DNA of 64,000 bases from Occultella glacieicola (GCF_004353825.1 NZ_SMNA01000003.1:1-64000), one strand, 5' to 3'; positions 1 to 9,349 are shown, numbered from the stretch's first letter. The notes: generated by a model from the letters alone, not told the origin. Numbers and translations are program-made.

Positions 1-842
1 CCGCCGGTGCCGCCGACGCCGACGCGGCCACGATGGTGGCGGCGCCCGCCGCCCGGGCGAGTGCCGCCGTCGACGGCGCGACCAGCCGCACGAGCCCCGT
101 CCGGCCGGGCGTCCCGGGGCGGGTGACCTCCGCGGTCGCCCCCACGGTCGTCGCGACCGGCCTCGCCTGCGGCCACCCGGGCCGCCCACCGGTGCTGACC
201 GGGCTCGACCTGAGCATCGAACCGGGCCGCGCCGTCGTGGTGGTCGGGCCGAGCGGGGTCGGCAAGACGACCCTGCTGCTCACCCTCGCCGGCCTGCTCG
301 ACCCCGTAGCCGGCGAGGTCCGGATCGGCGGCGGCGCCGCGGCCCCGCCGTCGGCGACCGTCGCCCTCACGGCCGAGAACGCCCACGTGTTCGCGACCAC
401 GGTCCTGGAGAACCTGCGCGTGGCCCGCGGCGACGTCACCGTGCAGGAGGCCACCGACGCCCTCACCCGGGCCGGTCTCGGCGACCTGCTCGATCGGCTG
501 CCGGACGGCTTGGGCACCATGCTCGGGCCGGACGCCACCACGCTCTCCGGCGGGGAACGCCGTCGGCTCCTGCTCGCCCGCGCCCTCCTGCACCCGGCCC
601 CGCTGATGCTGCTCGACGAGCCGGGCGAACACCTCGACCCGGCCACCGCGGACGCGCTCCTCGCCGACATCCTCGACGTCGGCCGCGAGCGCGGCGTGCT
701 CGTGGTCACCCACCGGCTCACCGGTCTGGACCGGGCCGATCGGGTGATCGACCTCGGCCGGGACATCCGTCCCTCGCCCGAACCACGGCCCACCGGCCAG
801 ACTGGAGGCATGGACACCCTCGTGCTCGGCCACCGGTCATGA
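1..842 (+). CDS. cydC: ABC exporter ATP-binding C-terminal part, CydC-like (5' end outside window)
   Basis: Walker A GPSGVGKTT, signature LSGGERRR, Walker B LLDEP, H-loop VTH; stop overlaps ATG of next gene. cydC assignment rests on motif style and context. Confidence 0.7.
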   Translation, partial: AGAADADAATMVAAPAARASAAVDGATSRTSPVRPGVPGRVTSAVAPTVVATGLACGHPGRPPVLTGLDLSIEPGRAVVVVGPSGVGKTTLLLTLAGLLDPVAGEVRIGGGAAAPPSATVALTAENAHVFATTVLENLRVARGDVTVQEATDALTRAGLGDLLDRLPDGLGTMLGPDATTLSGGERRRLLLARALLHPAPLMLLDEPGEHLDPATADALLADILDVGRERGVLVVTHRLTGLDRADRVIDLGRDIRPSPEPRPTGQTGGMDTLVLGHRS

Positions 843-2470
843 AGCAGTTCCTCGACGCCGTCCTCTCGGTCACCTCGCGGCTGCACCTCGACGACATCCT
901 CGCGAACTTCGTCCGGGCCGCCGCGGACCTGACCGACGCCAGGTACGCGGCGATCGGTGTGCTCGATGCGACCGGCGAGACCGAGACCTTCGTCCAGTAC
1001 GGGGTCGACCCGGTCACCCAGGCGGCGCTCGAGCACCCGCACGGACGCGGGATTCTCGCCGCGATCCCCACGGACGGGGTGCTGCTGCTCTCCGACCTGA
1101 CCACCCACCCGCGGTTCCAGGGGTTCCCCGAGGGGCACCCGATGATGCGGACGTTCCTCGGGGTCCCGGTGCGGGTGGCCGACCAGGTCTACGGGCGGCT
1201 CTACCTGTCCGAGAAGGCCGGCGGCTCCCACTTCACCGAGGCCGACGCCGAGAACATCCGGATGCTCGCCGCGGCGGCCGCGATCGCGGTGCAGAACTCC
1301 CGCCTGTACAAGGAGGCGCAGACCCGGCAACGGTGGCTCGCCGTCGGGCAGGAGATCACGACGGCGCTGCTGTCCGGGCTCGACGTCGAGGACGCGCTCG
1401 CCCTGATCGCCCGGGAGGTCCGCAAGGCCGCGGACGCCGACACCGCCGTGGTCGTGCTGCCCGGCGTCGGCGACTCCTGGCTGATCGAGTTCGCGGACGG
1501 CGACCCGGTCGGGGACCTGGTCGGGATCGTGATGCCGCCGGACGGGCGGGCCATGACCGTGCTGGCGGAGAAGGAGGGGATCATCGTCGACTCCTTCGCC
1601 CGGGCGCGCAACCTCCGGGTGCCGGAGTTCGGCCGGTACGGGCCCTCCCTGTACGCGCCGCTCATCGCGGAGGGTCAGAGCATGGGCGTGATCATCCTGC
1701 TGCGGAACAAGCACGCCCCGGAGTTCACCCCGAGCGACCTGAGTGTGGCCGAGTCGATCGCCCGGCAGGCTGCGCTGGCGCTCAAGCTCGCCGAGGCCCG
1801 CCAGGCGCAGGACCTCGCCGGGCTGATCGAGGAACGCGGGCGGATCGCGCGGGACCTGCACGACATGGCGATCCAGCAGCTGTTCGCGACCGGGCTGCAG
1901 CTGTCCCGGGCGCGCGAGCAGGTGCCCGCCGACGACGAGGACCTGCGCCGCGTGCTCGCCACCGCGCTCGACGGCGTCGACGACTCGGTGCGCCAGATCC
2001 GCGCGATCGTGCACAACCTGCGCTCCCCGGACGAGAACGCCCCACTGCTGGAGCGGCTGCGCCGGGAGGCCTCGCTCGCTCGCACCGGTCTCGGGTTCGC
2101 ACCATCGCTGGTACTGGAGGCCGTGGACCCCGTGACGGGCGTGCCGCGGGCCTCACAGGAGGCGGGCGAGGACCTGGACGCGCGCGTGGACGCCGACCTC
2201 GCCGACGACGTGGTCGCCGTGGTCCGGGAGGGGCTCGCGAACGCGGCCCGGCACGCCCAGGCCGCGTCGGTGCACGTGCGTCTGGCGCTCGGGCCGGAGG
2301 ACATCGAGGTGGTGGTCACCGACGACGGCGTCGGGATCGACCCCGACCAGACCCGCTCGTCCGGGCTGAGCAACCTCGCCGCCCGGGCCCGCCGCCACCG
2401 GGGCGAGTTCCGGCTGGAGCCGGGGCCCGACGGCGGAAGTTCTGTGGTCTGGACGGCGCGGTTGGGCTGA
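839..2470 (+). CDS. Double-GAF sensor histidine kinase, DevS/DosS-like
   Basis: Two GAF regions (GFPEGHPMMRTFLGVP), HisKA_3 ERGRIARDLHD, HATPase EGLANAARHA..DDGVG..GLSNL. Confidence 0.9.
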   Translation: MKQFLDAVLSVTSRLHLDDILANFVRAAADLTDARYAAIGVLDATGETETFVQYGVDPVTQAALEHPHGRGILAAIPTDGVLLLSDLTTHPRFQGFPEGHPMMRTFLGVPVRVADQVYGRLYLSEKAGGSHFTEADAENIRMLAAAAAIAVQNSRLYKEAQTRQRWLAVGQEITTALLSGLDVEDALALIAREVRKAADADTAVVVLPGVGDSWLIEFADGDPVGDLVGIVMPPDGRAMTVLAEKEGIIVDSFARARNLRVPEFGRYGPSLYAPLIAEGQSMGVIILLRNKHAPEFTPSDLSVAESIARQAALALKLAEARQAQDLAGLIEERGRIARDLHDMAIQQLFATGLQLSRAREQVPADDEDLRRVLATALDGVDDSVRQIRAIVHNLRSPDENAPLLERLRREASLARTGLGFAPSLVLEAVDPVTGVPRASQEAGEDLDARVDADLADDVVAVVREGLANAARHAQAASVHVRLALGPEDIEVVVTDDGVGIDPDQTRSSGLSNLAARARRHRGEFRLEPGPDGGSSVVWTARLG

Positions 2471-2687
2471 AGGTCGCCCGGTTCAGGTCTGTGGCTTCGG
2501 GTGGGTCACGTGCGGATCTGGTTCGAGCGCCGATCTCTGCGCGGGCGACTCGGCCGTCGGGGCCGCTTGGGGACTCGCCAACTTGTGACCGGCTGACCGT
2601 CCGCCGCCCCGTCAGCGGCCTGATCGGACACCAGGCCATGGCCCCGGCGGACGTAGTCTCGGAAGCGTCGGGAGGAGTGTGAGGCCG

Positions 2688-2866
2688 ATGAGCAGGCACG
2701 AGTGGTCCGGCGGGGCGAGCACGGGGACGGCGTCCGCTCGGGCTCCCTCCCGCGCCGGGAGCGCGCTGAAACTCGCGCTCGCGGTGCCACGGCCAGAGGG
2801 AGCGTCGGTGCCGGAGGAGCACCGCAGGCGTTGCTCGGCCTGCAGCGGGCTGCGGGCAATCGAGCG
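2688..2866 (+). pseudogene. 5' remnant of a gene with LLGLQRAAGNRA motif (DUF4157/eCIS-associated-type N-terminus), cut by IS256
   Basis: GGAGG and GAGG upstream of ATG 2688; motif read in the 2702 frame (needs a 1-nt shift) and ends exactly at IS256 left IR. Confidence 0.4.
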
Positions 2867-4356
2867 GGGCGTGTCAGATGGTCTGTGTAAGCGGTTCCGG
2901 GAGTGAACTGGAGCATGGACATGACTGCGATGGAGCAGAAGCAGGAGAGTGAGTCGTCGTTCGGTGCGGTCTCGTCTGGGCCGGCGACGGCGCGGGAGAC
3001 GGTGAACGCGATGGTCGGTGCTGGCCTGTTCGATCACGTGATCGCTCGTGCTGCCGATGGCGAGCTCACGCTGACGGGTCCGGGGGGTTCCTGCCGGAGA
3101 TGGTCCGAGCGGTCCTGGAGGCCGGTCTGGCGACCGAACTGAGTGATCACCTCGGTGATGAGAAGGGCGACCCGGCCGGTCGGGGGTCGCCGAACTCCAG
3201 GAACGGATCCACCCCGAAGACGGTCGCGACCGAGGTCGGCGACGTGGCGCTGGCGACCCCGCGGGATCGGGCCAGGACGTTCACCCCGCGCCTGGTGCCC
3301 AAGGGCGCCCGCCGGGTCGGTGGTCTGGACGAGATGATCATCAGCCTCTACGCGGGTGGGATGACGGTCCGCGACATCGGCCATCACCTCGCCGCGACGC
3401 TCGGGACCGAGCTCTCCCCGGACACGATCAGCAACATCACCGACACCGTCACCGCGGAAGTCATCGCGTGGCAGAACCGGCCGTTGGAGGCGATCTACCC
3501 GATCATCTACATGGACGCGATCGTGGCGGGAGATCCGCGACGGCGCGCACGTGAGCAACCGGGCCGCGCACATCGCCGTCGGCGTCGACCTGGACGGCGT
3601 CAAGCACGTCCTGGGGATCTGGATCCAGGCCCACGAGGGCGCGAAGGTCTGGGCCGGGTCTGCGTCAAACTGGCCAACCGGGGCGTCAAGGACGTCCTGA
3701 TCGTGTGCTGCGACGGGCTGAGCGGGTTCCCCGAGGCGATCGAGGCGACCTGGCCCCAGACGACCGTGCAGACCTGCGTGGTGCACCTGATCCGGGCCGC
3801 GATGCGGTTCGTGTCCTACAACGACCGCAAGGCCGTTGCGGCCGCGCTGCGCCCGATCTACACCGCCTCCAGCGCCGATGTCGCCGAGACCGAGCTGGTC
3901 ACCTTCGCCGACTCCAACTGGGGCAAGAAGTACCCCGCGGCGGTCGCGACCTGGACCAACGCCTGGGAACGGTTCATCCCCTTCCTGGCGTTCCCGCCCG
4001 CGGTGCGCAAGATCATCTACACCACGAACTCGGCCGAGTCGCTGAACTTCCAACTGCGCAAGATCATCAAGAACCGCGGCCACTTTCCCTCCGACGAGGC
4101 CGCCACCAAGCTGCTCTGGCTGGCGATCATGAACATCGAGGACAAACGGGCCCGAGAACGCGCGAAGGAACGCGGCAAGCCCGCGAACAAGCGCAAAGCA
4201 CCCGGCCGCCTCGTCGAGGGCCAGACCGTCACCGGCTGGACCGCCGCCCTGAACGCCCTCGCGATCGCTCACCCCGAACGCCTCGCCGGCTACCTCATCT
4301 GACACCAAAGAAACCAAGCAAGTGGAAATCACTTACACAGAAGACTTGACAGGCTC
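2867..4356 (+). mobile_element. IS256-family insertion sequence, degenerate
   Basis: Imperfect terminal IRs GGGCGTGTCAGATGGTCTGTGTAAG (2867-) vs reverse complement of right end GAGCCTGTCAAGTCTTCTGTGTAAG (-4356), 19/25 identical; no target duplication visible. Confidence 0.9.
2921..4302 (+). pseudogene. IS256 transposase with three frameshifts
   Basis: Motifs NSRNG..K, PRDR..TF.P, YMDAI, CCDGL.GF, QTCVVHLIR, IYTTN..ESLN; frameshifts near 3082-3087, ~3528 and ~3657. Confidence 0.88.
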
Positions 4357-4561
4357 GCCTGCGGGTCAGGTGCCGGCAGTCCTCCAGGGCGAACCGCACC
4401 CCGTGCTCGTCGTGGTCGCGGAATTGTGCCGACCACTGCACCAGGGCCAGATGTCCCTCGGCGTTGGTGCGAACGGTCTTGGTGGCCAACCGTCTGCCGA
4501 CCTCGTCCAGCGCCACCACGGTGTGTGTGCGCTTGTGGGAGTCGGTGCCGATCATGACCAT
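4357..4561 (-). pseudogene. IS110 recombinase N-terminal fragment (~68 codons)
   Basis: GxDxHK motif and ALED; ends at IS256 right IR. Confidence 0.85.
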
Positions 4562-4599
4562 GCGGGCAACCTCCAGATCTCGTCTCGGGAACTCGGGCA

Positions 4600-4779
4600 C
4601 CCTGGCGCCAGCGAGACGAGCACGCCTCAATCCAGCACGACCTCCGTCGCAAGCAGGCTCCTATCAAGCCACGCACCCGCTGGCGCCAGGGCACCCGGCC
4701 GAGGCCGCACATCGGGGACAAGCCACCGAGCACCAGCGCGCGCCGAGGCAGCGAAGAAACGAGCGAACCCCGGCCGGGT
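4600..4779 (-). ncRNA. Putative IS110 bridge RNA (target-binding and donor-binding loops)
   Basis: 14-bp stem 4600-4613/4678-4691 and 12-bp stem (one G-U on minus strand) 4693-4704/4768-4779, each closing a large internal loop; loop sequences match the flanking target and the element's own end. Confidence 0.75.
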
Positions 4780-4800
4780 ACCACTCACTGTGGCATTGAC

Positions 4801-5137
4801 GCGAAGAAAGTTGTTGCGGCCTTCAGTACGGCCACGTCCTCGCGCAACCGACGGTTCTCGGCCTTCAGCCGCTTGATTTCCTCGTGCTCCTGGCTGCTGA
4901 CTCCCTCGCGGCGTCCGGCGTCGACCTCTGTCTGGGTGACCCATCGGCGCACCGACTCCCGCGAGACGCCCAACTGCTTCGACACTGCGACCATCGCCTC
5001 GGTCACCGACGGATACTCCTGCTGGTGCTCACGCACCAACCTGACGGCTCGAGCCCGCAACTCGGGATCAATCTTCTTCGGCATGTGCTCATCCTCCTGG
5101 ACTCAAACAGGAGCGGCATCAAACCTGGGGCGCTTCA
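4801..5137 (-). mobile_element. IS3-family element, left IR plus orfA only, interrupted by IS110
   Basis: IRL 5'-TGAAGCGCCCCAGGTTT at 5137; orfA (ATG 5084) MPKKIDPELRARAVRLV...LKAENRRLREDVAVLKAATTFFA (HTH + leucine zipper); orfB absent. Confidence 0.88.
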
Positions 5138-5772
5138 TACATGATCAGAGCCGCTTTGCCGCAGGTGCGGGCCGAGTGCGCCAAACTTGCCGTCGCGAGC
5201 GTGTCGCGGTAGTCACGCTCATGGCAGCGCTTCAACGACCGGAACAACGTCCGAAGACTCGGACACGGGGCACCGATCTCGGCCAGCACCCGGACCGTGT
5301 CAGCCTTCGAGGTCGGCTCAATGATCCGCGCGAGCGCCATCGCCGCGAACGCCTCATCACCCAGGGCATCGAAACCCAGATGCACGTACGCGTCCGTCAG
5401 CACTTCCCAGAGCAAGCGGCTTCGAGTCGCCGCCACACGAGCACCCACCCCCGAGCTGCCGCCGGGATCCGGGCCAAGGTCAAGGACCCCCTGCCCCGGA
5501 CGCAGCCGCTGCCGGGCGATCTCCATCTACAGCGCGAGTTGGGCCTCATCGTGAGCCGAGCCGATGTGCTCGATGCCCGTGACCTGCCGGCCCTGCTTAT
5601 GCACGATCTGGACCGCCCGCGCCCCCGAGGCCGTGGGCACCTTCCGCACGAACGAAGCCACCAGCCGAGGCTACAACCCCGAATTAGTCACCCCGAACGA
5701 CCCCCAGCCCGACCATCACCGCAGGTCACAGCCCCGCGCACCACCCCGACCCCGAAAGTGGCACGAGTCAGG
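5138..5772 (-). mobile_element. IS1634-family element, left end plus 5' transposase pseudogene, interrupted by IS3
   Basis: GTG 5661: ASFVRKVPTASGARAVQIV..IEHIGSAHD..ARIIEPTSKAD..LIMY; in-frame TAG at 5527-5529; probable end CCTGACTCGTGCCAC at 5772. Confidence 0.78.
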
Positions 5773-5840
5773 CCAGAGCACGAGACTGACTTCTCGACGC
5801 TCGGTCAACACGTAACCGAATTCAATCTCGTCATGAGCCG

Positions 5841-6056
5841 TTACATCAGCGCGACGATGATGAGTGCACCGACTATTACTGCGGCGAGAGCGGCGCCAAC
5901 TATCGCTGCAACGAGAGCTGGCTTCGACATCCGTGTTGCGCGTCGCTCGGACGGGATCGGCGCTGCCTCGTTTGGATTCAGCGCGAAGGTCCGTGCGCTC
6001 TCCAGAGCGAGACGGCGTTCTCGGTCCTCACGGTCGAGATTATTACCCTGCTCCAA
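5841..6056 (-). CDS. Small hypothetical protein with C-terminal TM helix
   Basis: 71 aa; hydrophobic tail ALVAAIVGAALAAVIVGALIIVALM; lower-GC segment. Confidence 0.5.
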   Translation of the reverse strand: MEQGNNLDREDRERRLALESARTFALNPNEAAPIPSERRATRMSKPALVAAIVGAALAAVIVGALIIVALM

Positions 6057-6065
6057 GATTCAGTC

Positions 6066-6856
6066 CTATCCGTTCCCGGCGTCTATTCCTGGGAGGTGGA
6101 TGACGACAGAGTGCGAAAGGTCACTAAAGCCGCTTGTGTCAAGTACCACCTGACGTTCCCCCGACGTAGGTGAGATGTTCTCCAAGATGCTTGGGGCGAC
6201 TTGCACTAAACCCTGACCTGCGAGATCTGCACTCTGCACACCGTCAGGGACAAGCACGAATTGGTGAAACAATCCATTGCTGGAGCCAAAAGTGCTAACG
6301 AGACCATACGATTGAATCGCCGCCACGTCGCTGCAGGCGACGGCCGAGTACTCGCCGACTACGGTTTCTAGGCAACGTTCGCCAGGTCGATCGAAAGCCG
6401 ATATGCTCACTCCGGGATAAATAGACGAGGTACCGGACGCCGTGGCAGATCCAAGCGCCGGAATGACTCGGCCCAGATGGCGCCAGTCAGTTGGATCAAG
6501 AACTTGTTTCCTGGACTGGGTTCGGCGTTGGGGTCCGGGTTGTACACCCATTTCGCCTTCGTCTTCTCGTAGCCGTTCGGACCGTTTACACTCGCCGAGG
6601 CGCCCCCGATATTGTAATGTGCGCCGAGCCAGGCCGTCACGTTAACGAACTGACCCGTAAATCCGTCGATCTCTGCGTAGACACCAGTTCGACTGATGTA
6701 CTGCTGGTGGGAAGGCTCGACTCGATATATTCCCTGGGCTGTGGTTGCGTTGAACCAGGTCGAGGTGGCCGCTGTCGCTGGAGCGGCCGGGCTTAAGGCT
6801 AACGCTGCTGCCATTAGAATTGCGACACCGCTTGCTCGCCGCCAAAGTTTAATCAT
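6066..6856 (-). pseudogene. Secreted hypothetical protein, probably one frameshifted gene (ORFs 6407-6856 and 6066-6551)
   Basis: RBS AGAGGGG, signal peptide MIKLWRRASGVAILMAAALALSPAAPATA; two overlapping same-strand ORFs, each protein-like only in part. Confidence 0.5.
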
Positions 6857-7298
6857 GTTCCCCTCTGAACGAATGACTGTCCTCTAACACTACACCTGGC
6901 TGGATGTGGTTGGTCAACCCTCCAAACGGGGTCAAAGTCAAATAAGGGTCAGCCACCTGCGGGTGTTCCGACACCTCTGGCCTCTCGCCCGGTGTCGTGG
7001 ACGACGCGCCCGAGGTCAGTACACCTCACACGCCGGGCGTCCGATCGACCACTCGTCGAGGGCGCCCGAAAAGACCGATCCGCACGAGCGCTTCGACAAG
7101 GGACAGCCACGTCGTCGAACTCCAGGAGGATGTCGCCCTCTCAGGTACGTCTCCCGCGAAGTCACACGCCGCGCGGCGGCGCCAGGTTCACGCCGGTGGC
7201 AGCTGGGGCGACGACGGCAATGACGAGCCACCGCTGCTGACGCGACTTCCACGCCGAGCACAGCGAGCCGGCGGAGTCCTGACCGGCGCCCAGACCGC

Positions 7299-8696
7299 TT
7301 AGCGCGCCTCGCCACCGGCGGCGCCGAGGCGGCGCAGGAACATCGCCACGCCGAGCGCGATGTGCTCGATCTCTCCGGGATGCACGCTCTCGTTCGGGGC
7401 GTGCATCTGGCTCGCCGGTTCGGCGAGGCCGAGCATCACGATGGATGCGTCCGGCTGCGCGGCTGCCAGCGCCGGGGTCAGCGGGATCGAGCCGCCCTGG
7501 CCCGAGGTGACCGTGGGCCTACCGAACGAGTCACCAAGGGCCTCGTGCAGCGCCGCGAACGTGGGCGTGTCGGTGTCGGCACGGTAGGGCCGCCCGTTGC
7601 CCTGACCCTCGGTCGTGACCCGCACGCCCCACGGTGCGACGTCGACCAGGTGGGCCCGTAGCAGCCGTTCGGCGTCGTCCGGGTCCACGCCGGGCGGGAT
7701 CCGCAGGTTCAGCCGCGCGGCCGCGGTCGGCTGGATGGCCGCGACCGATCCGACCACGGCGGGGGCGTCCAGGCCGATCACGGTGACGGCGGGACGGGAC
7801 CAGACCTGGTCGGCCACGGTGCCCGAGCCGAGGCGGCGCCCGCCCGGCAGGATGCCGGCCTCCGCGCGGAACGTCTCCTCCTCGTACCCGGCCCCGTCCC
7901 AGACACCGTCGGCAGCCAAGCCGCGCACCGTGGTGTTGCCGTCGGCGTCACGCAGGGTGGCCAGGATCGCGATGAGGGCGGCCAGCGCATCCGGGGCGGC
8001 GCCTCCGAACGCGCCGGAGTGCAGTTCCCCGGCGAGGGCCTCGACCCGGACCACCACGTCCACGACCCCGCGCAGCGACACGGTCAGCGTGGGCTGCCCG
8101 ACCGCGACGTTGCCGGTGTCCTGGATCAGGATGACGTCCGCGGCGAACTCCTCGGGGTGGGCCTGCACGTACTGCTCCAGACCGCCCGTGCCCTGCTCCT
8201 CCGACCCCTCGACCACCACGGTCAGGGAGACCGGATAGTCGCCGTCGGGCCGGAGCGCGCGCAACGCGGTCAGGTGGGCGACGATGCTGCCCTTGCAGTC
8301 CGCGGCGCCGCGACCGTAGTACCGGCCGCCGCGCTCGGTGAGGGTGAACGGGTCCGTGGCCCAGGCCTCGGTGTTGGAGGCGGGCTGCACGTCGTAATGG
8401 GCGTAGAGCAGCACCCGGGGTGCGCCGGCGGGGCCTTCGTGGTGGGCGATGACGGCGTCGGTGCCGTCCGGGGTCCGCACGAGCGCGGCGTCGGCCAGAC
8501 CGATCTCGGCGAAGGCGTCGGCGACCCACTGCGCGGCCAGCCGGCACTGCTGTGGGTCCTCGACGGCGGGGTCGGCGACCGAGCGATAGGCGACCAGGTC
8601 GGCCAGGTCGGTCAGGGCCTGCGGCATCAGCGCGGCCACCCGGGTGCGCAGGTCGGCGTCGGTTCGCGGCGGGGTGGTGGTCTCGTCGGCGCTCAT
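7299..8696 (-). CDS. M20/M25/M40 family dipeptidase
   Basis: LYAHYDVQP, YGRGAADCKG, VEGSEEQG, HSGAFGG, GGSIP, HAPNES; start coupled to upstream TGA. Confidence 0.92.
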   Translation of the reverse strand: MSADETTTPPRTDADLRTRVAALMPQALTDLADLVAYRSVADPAVEDPQQCRLAAQWVADAFAEIGLADAALVRTPDGTDAVIAHHEGPAGAPRVLLYAHYDVQPASNTEAWATDPFTLTERGGRYYGRGAADCKGSIVAHLTALRALRPDGDYPVSLTVVVEGSEEQGTGGLEQYVQAHPEEFAADVILIQDTGNVAVGQPTLTVSLRGVVDVVVRVEALAGELHSGAFGGAAPDALAALIAILATLRDADGNTTVRGLAADGVWDGAGYEEETFRAEAGILPGGRRLGSGTVADQVWSRPAVTVIGLDAPAVVGSVAAIQPTAAARLNLRIPPGVDPDDAERLLRAHLVDVAPWGVRVTTEGQGNGRPYRADTDTPTFAALHEALGDSFGRPTVTSGQGGSIPLTPALAAAQPDASIVMLGLAEPASQMHAPNESVHPGEIEHIALGVAMFLRRLGAAGGEAR

Positions 8697-9349
8697 CAGT
8701 GCTGTCCCTCGCTCGGCACCCGCCACCGGCCGCCGCGGTGGGCGGCCACCCAGGCGGCCACCTGGGTGCGTCGCTGCAGGCCCATCTTCGCCAGCAGCGA
8801 CGTGATGTGGTTCTTGACGGTCTTCTCGGCCACGCCGAGCCGGTCCGCGATCTCGCGGTTGGACAGGCCCTCCCCGATCAGGTCGAGCACCCTCAGCTCG
8901 CTCGGGGTCAGGTCCGCCGTCGGGTCCGGGTGGGCGTCCTGGCGACGGGTCACGGTCCGGTCGTCCAGAAGGGTCCGGCCCGCCGCGACCGCTCGGACCA
9001 CGTCTGCGATCTCGGCCCCGCGCACGGTCTTGAGGACGAACGCCTTGGCGCCGGCGGCCAGCGCCGCGGCCACCGCGTCGTCGTCGTCGAAGGAGGTCAG
9101 CACCACGGCGCGCGCCTCGGGGAGCACCCGGGCCGCCTCGGTGATGATGTCCAGCCCGGTGCCGTCCGGCAGCTGCAGGTCCACGAGCAGCACGTCCGGG
9201 CGGACCAGCGGCACCCGGCGGTGCGCCTCGGCCACCGAGGACGCCTCGCCGACCACGGTCAGCCCGTCCGAGCGCTCGATCACCTCGGCGATGCCACGCC
9301 GCACCACCTCGTGATCATCGACAATCATCACGCGCACGGGATCCGTCAT
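8696..9349 (-). CDS. NarL/DevR-like response regulator
   Basis: VDDHEVVRRG, DLQLPDG, LTSFDDD, LuxR HTH GLSNREIA..EKTVKNHITSLLAKMG. Confidence 0.92.
   Translation of the reverse strand: MTDPVRVMIVDDHEVVRRGIAEVIERSDGLTVVGEASSVAEAHRRVPLVRPDVLLVDLQLPDGTGLDIITEAARVLPEARAVVLTSFDDDDAVAAALAAGAKAFVLKTVRGAEIADVVRAVAAGRTLLDDRTVTRRQDAHPDPTADLTPSELRVLDLIGEGLSNREIADRLGVAEKTVKNHITSLLAKMGLQRRTQVAAWVAAHRGGRWRVPSEGQH

Larger units (their letters stand above)
4357..4800 (-). mobile_element. IS110-family element, left end plus 5' part of recombinase gene, truncated by IS256
   Basis: RBS GGAGG, ATG 4561, MVMIGTDSHKRTHTVVALD...FALEDCRHL (DEDD RuvC-like N-terminus); structured non-coding left end 4562-4800. Confidence 0.85.

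Noticed and set aside
2856..4366. Target-site duplication around IS256
   Set aside because: Left flank (GCAATCGAGCG) and right flank (GCCTGCGGGT) do not match.
4873..6153. 426-aa plus-strand ORF across the IS nest
   Set aside because: Antisense to the IS3 and IS1634 genes and crosses element junctions; not a plausible protein.
6960..7298. Short ORFs at the right edge of the island
   Set aside because: No RBS or recognisable motif; possibly decayed sequence but cannot be supported.
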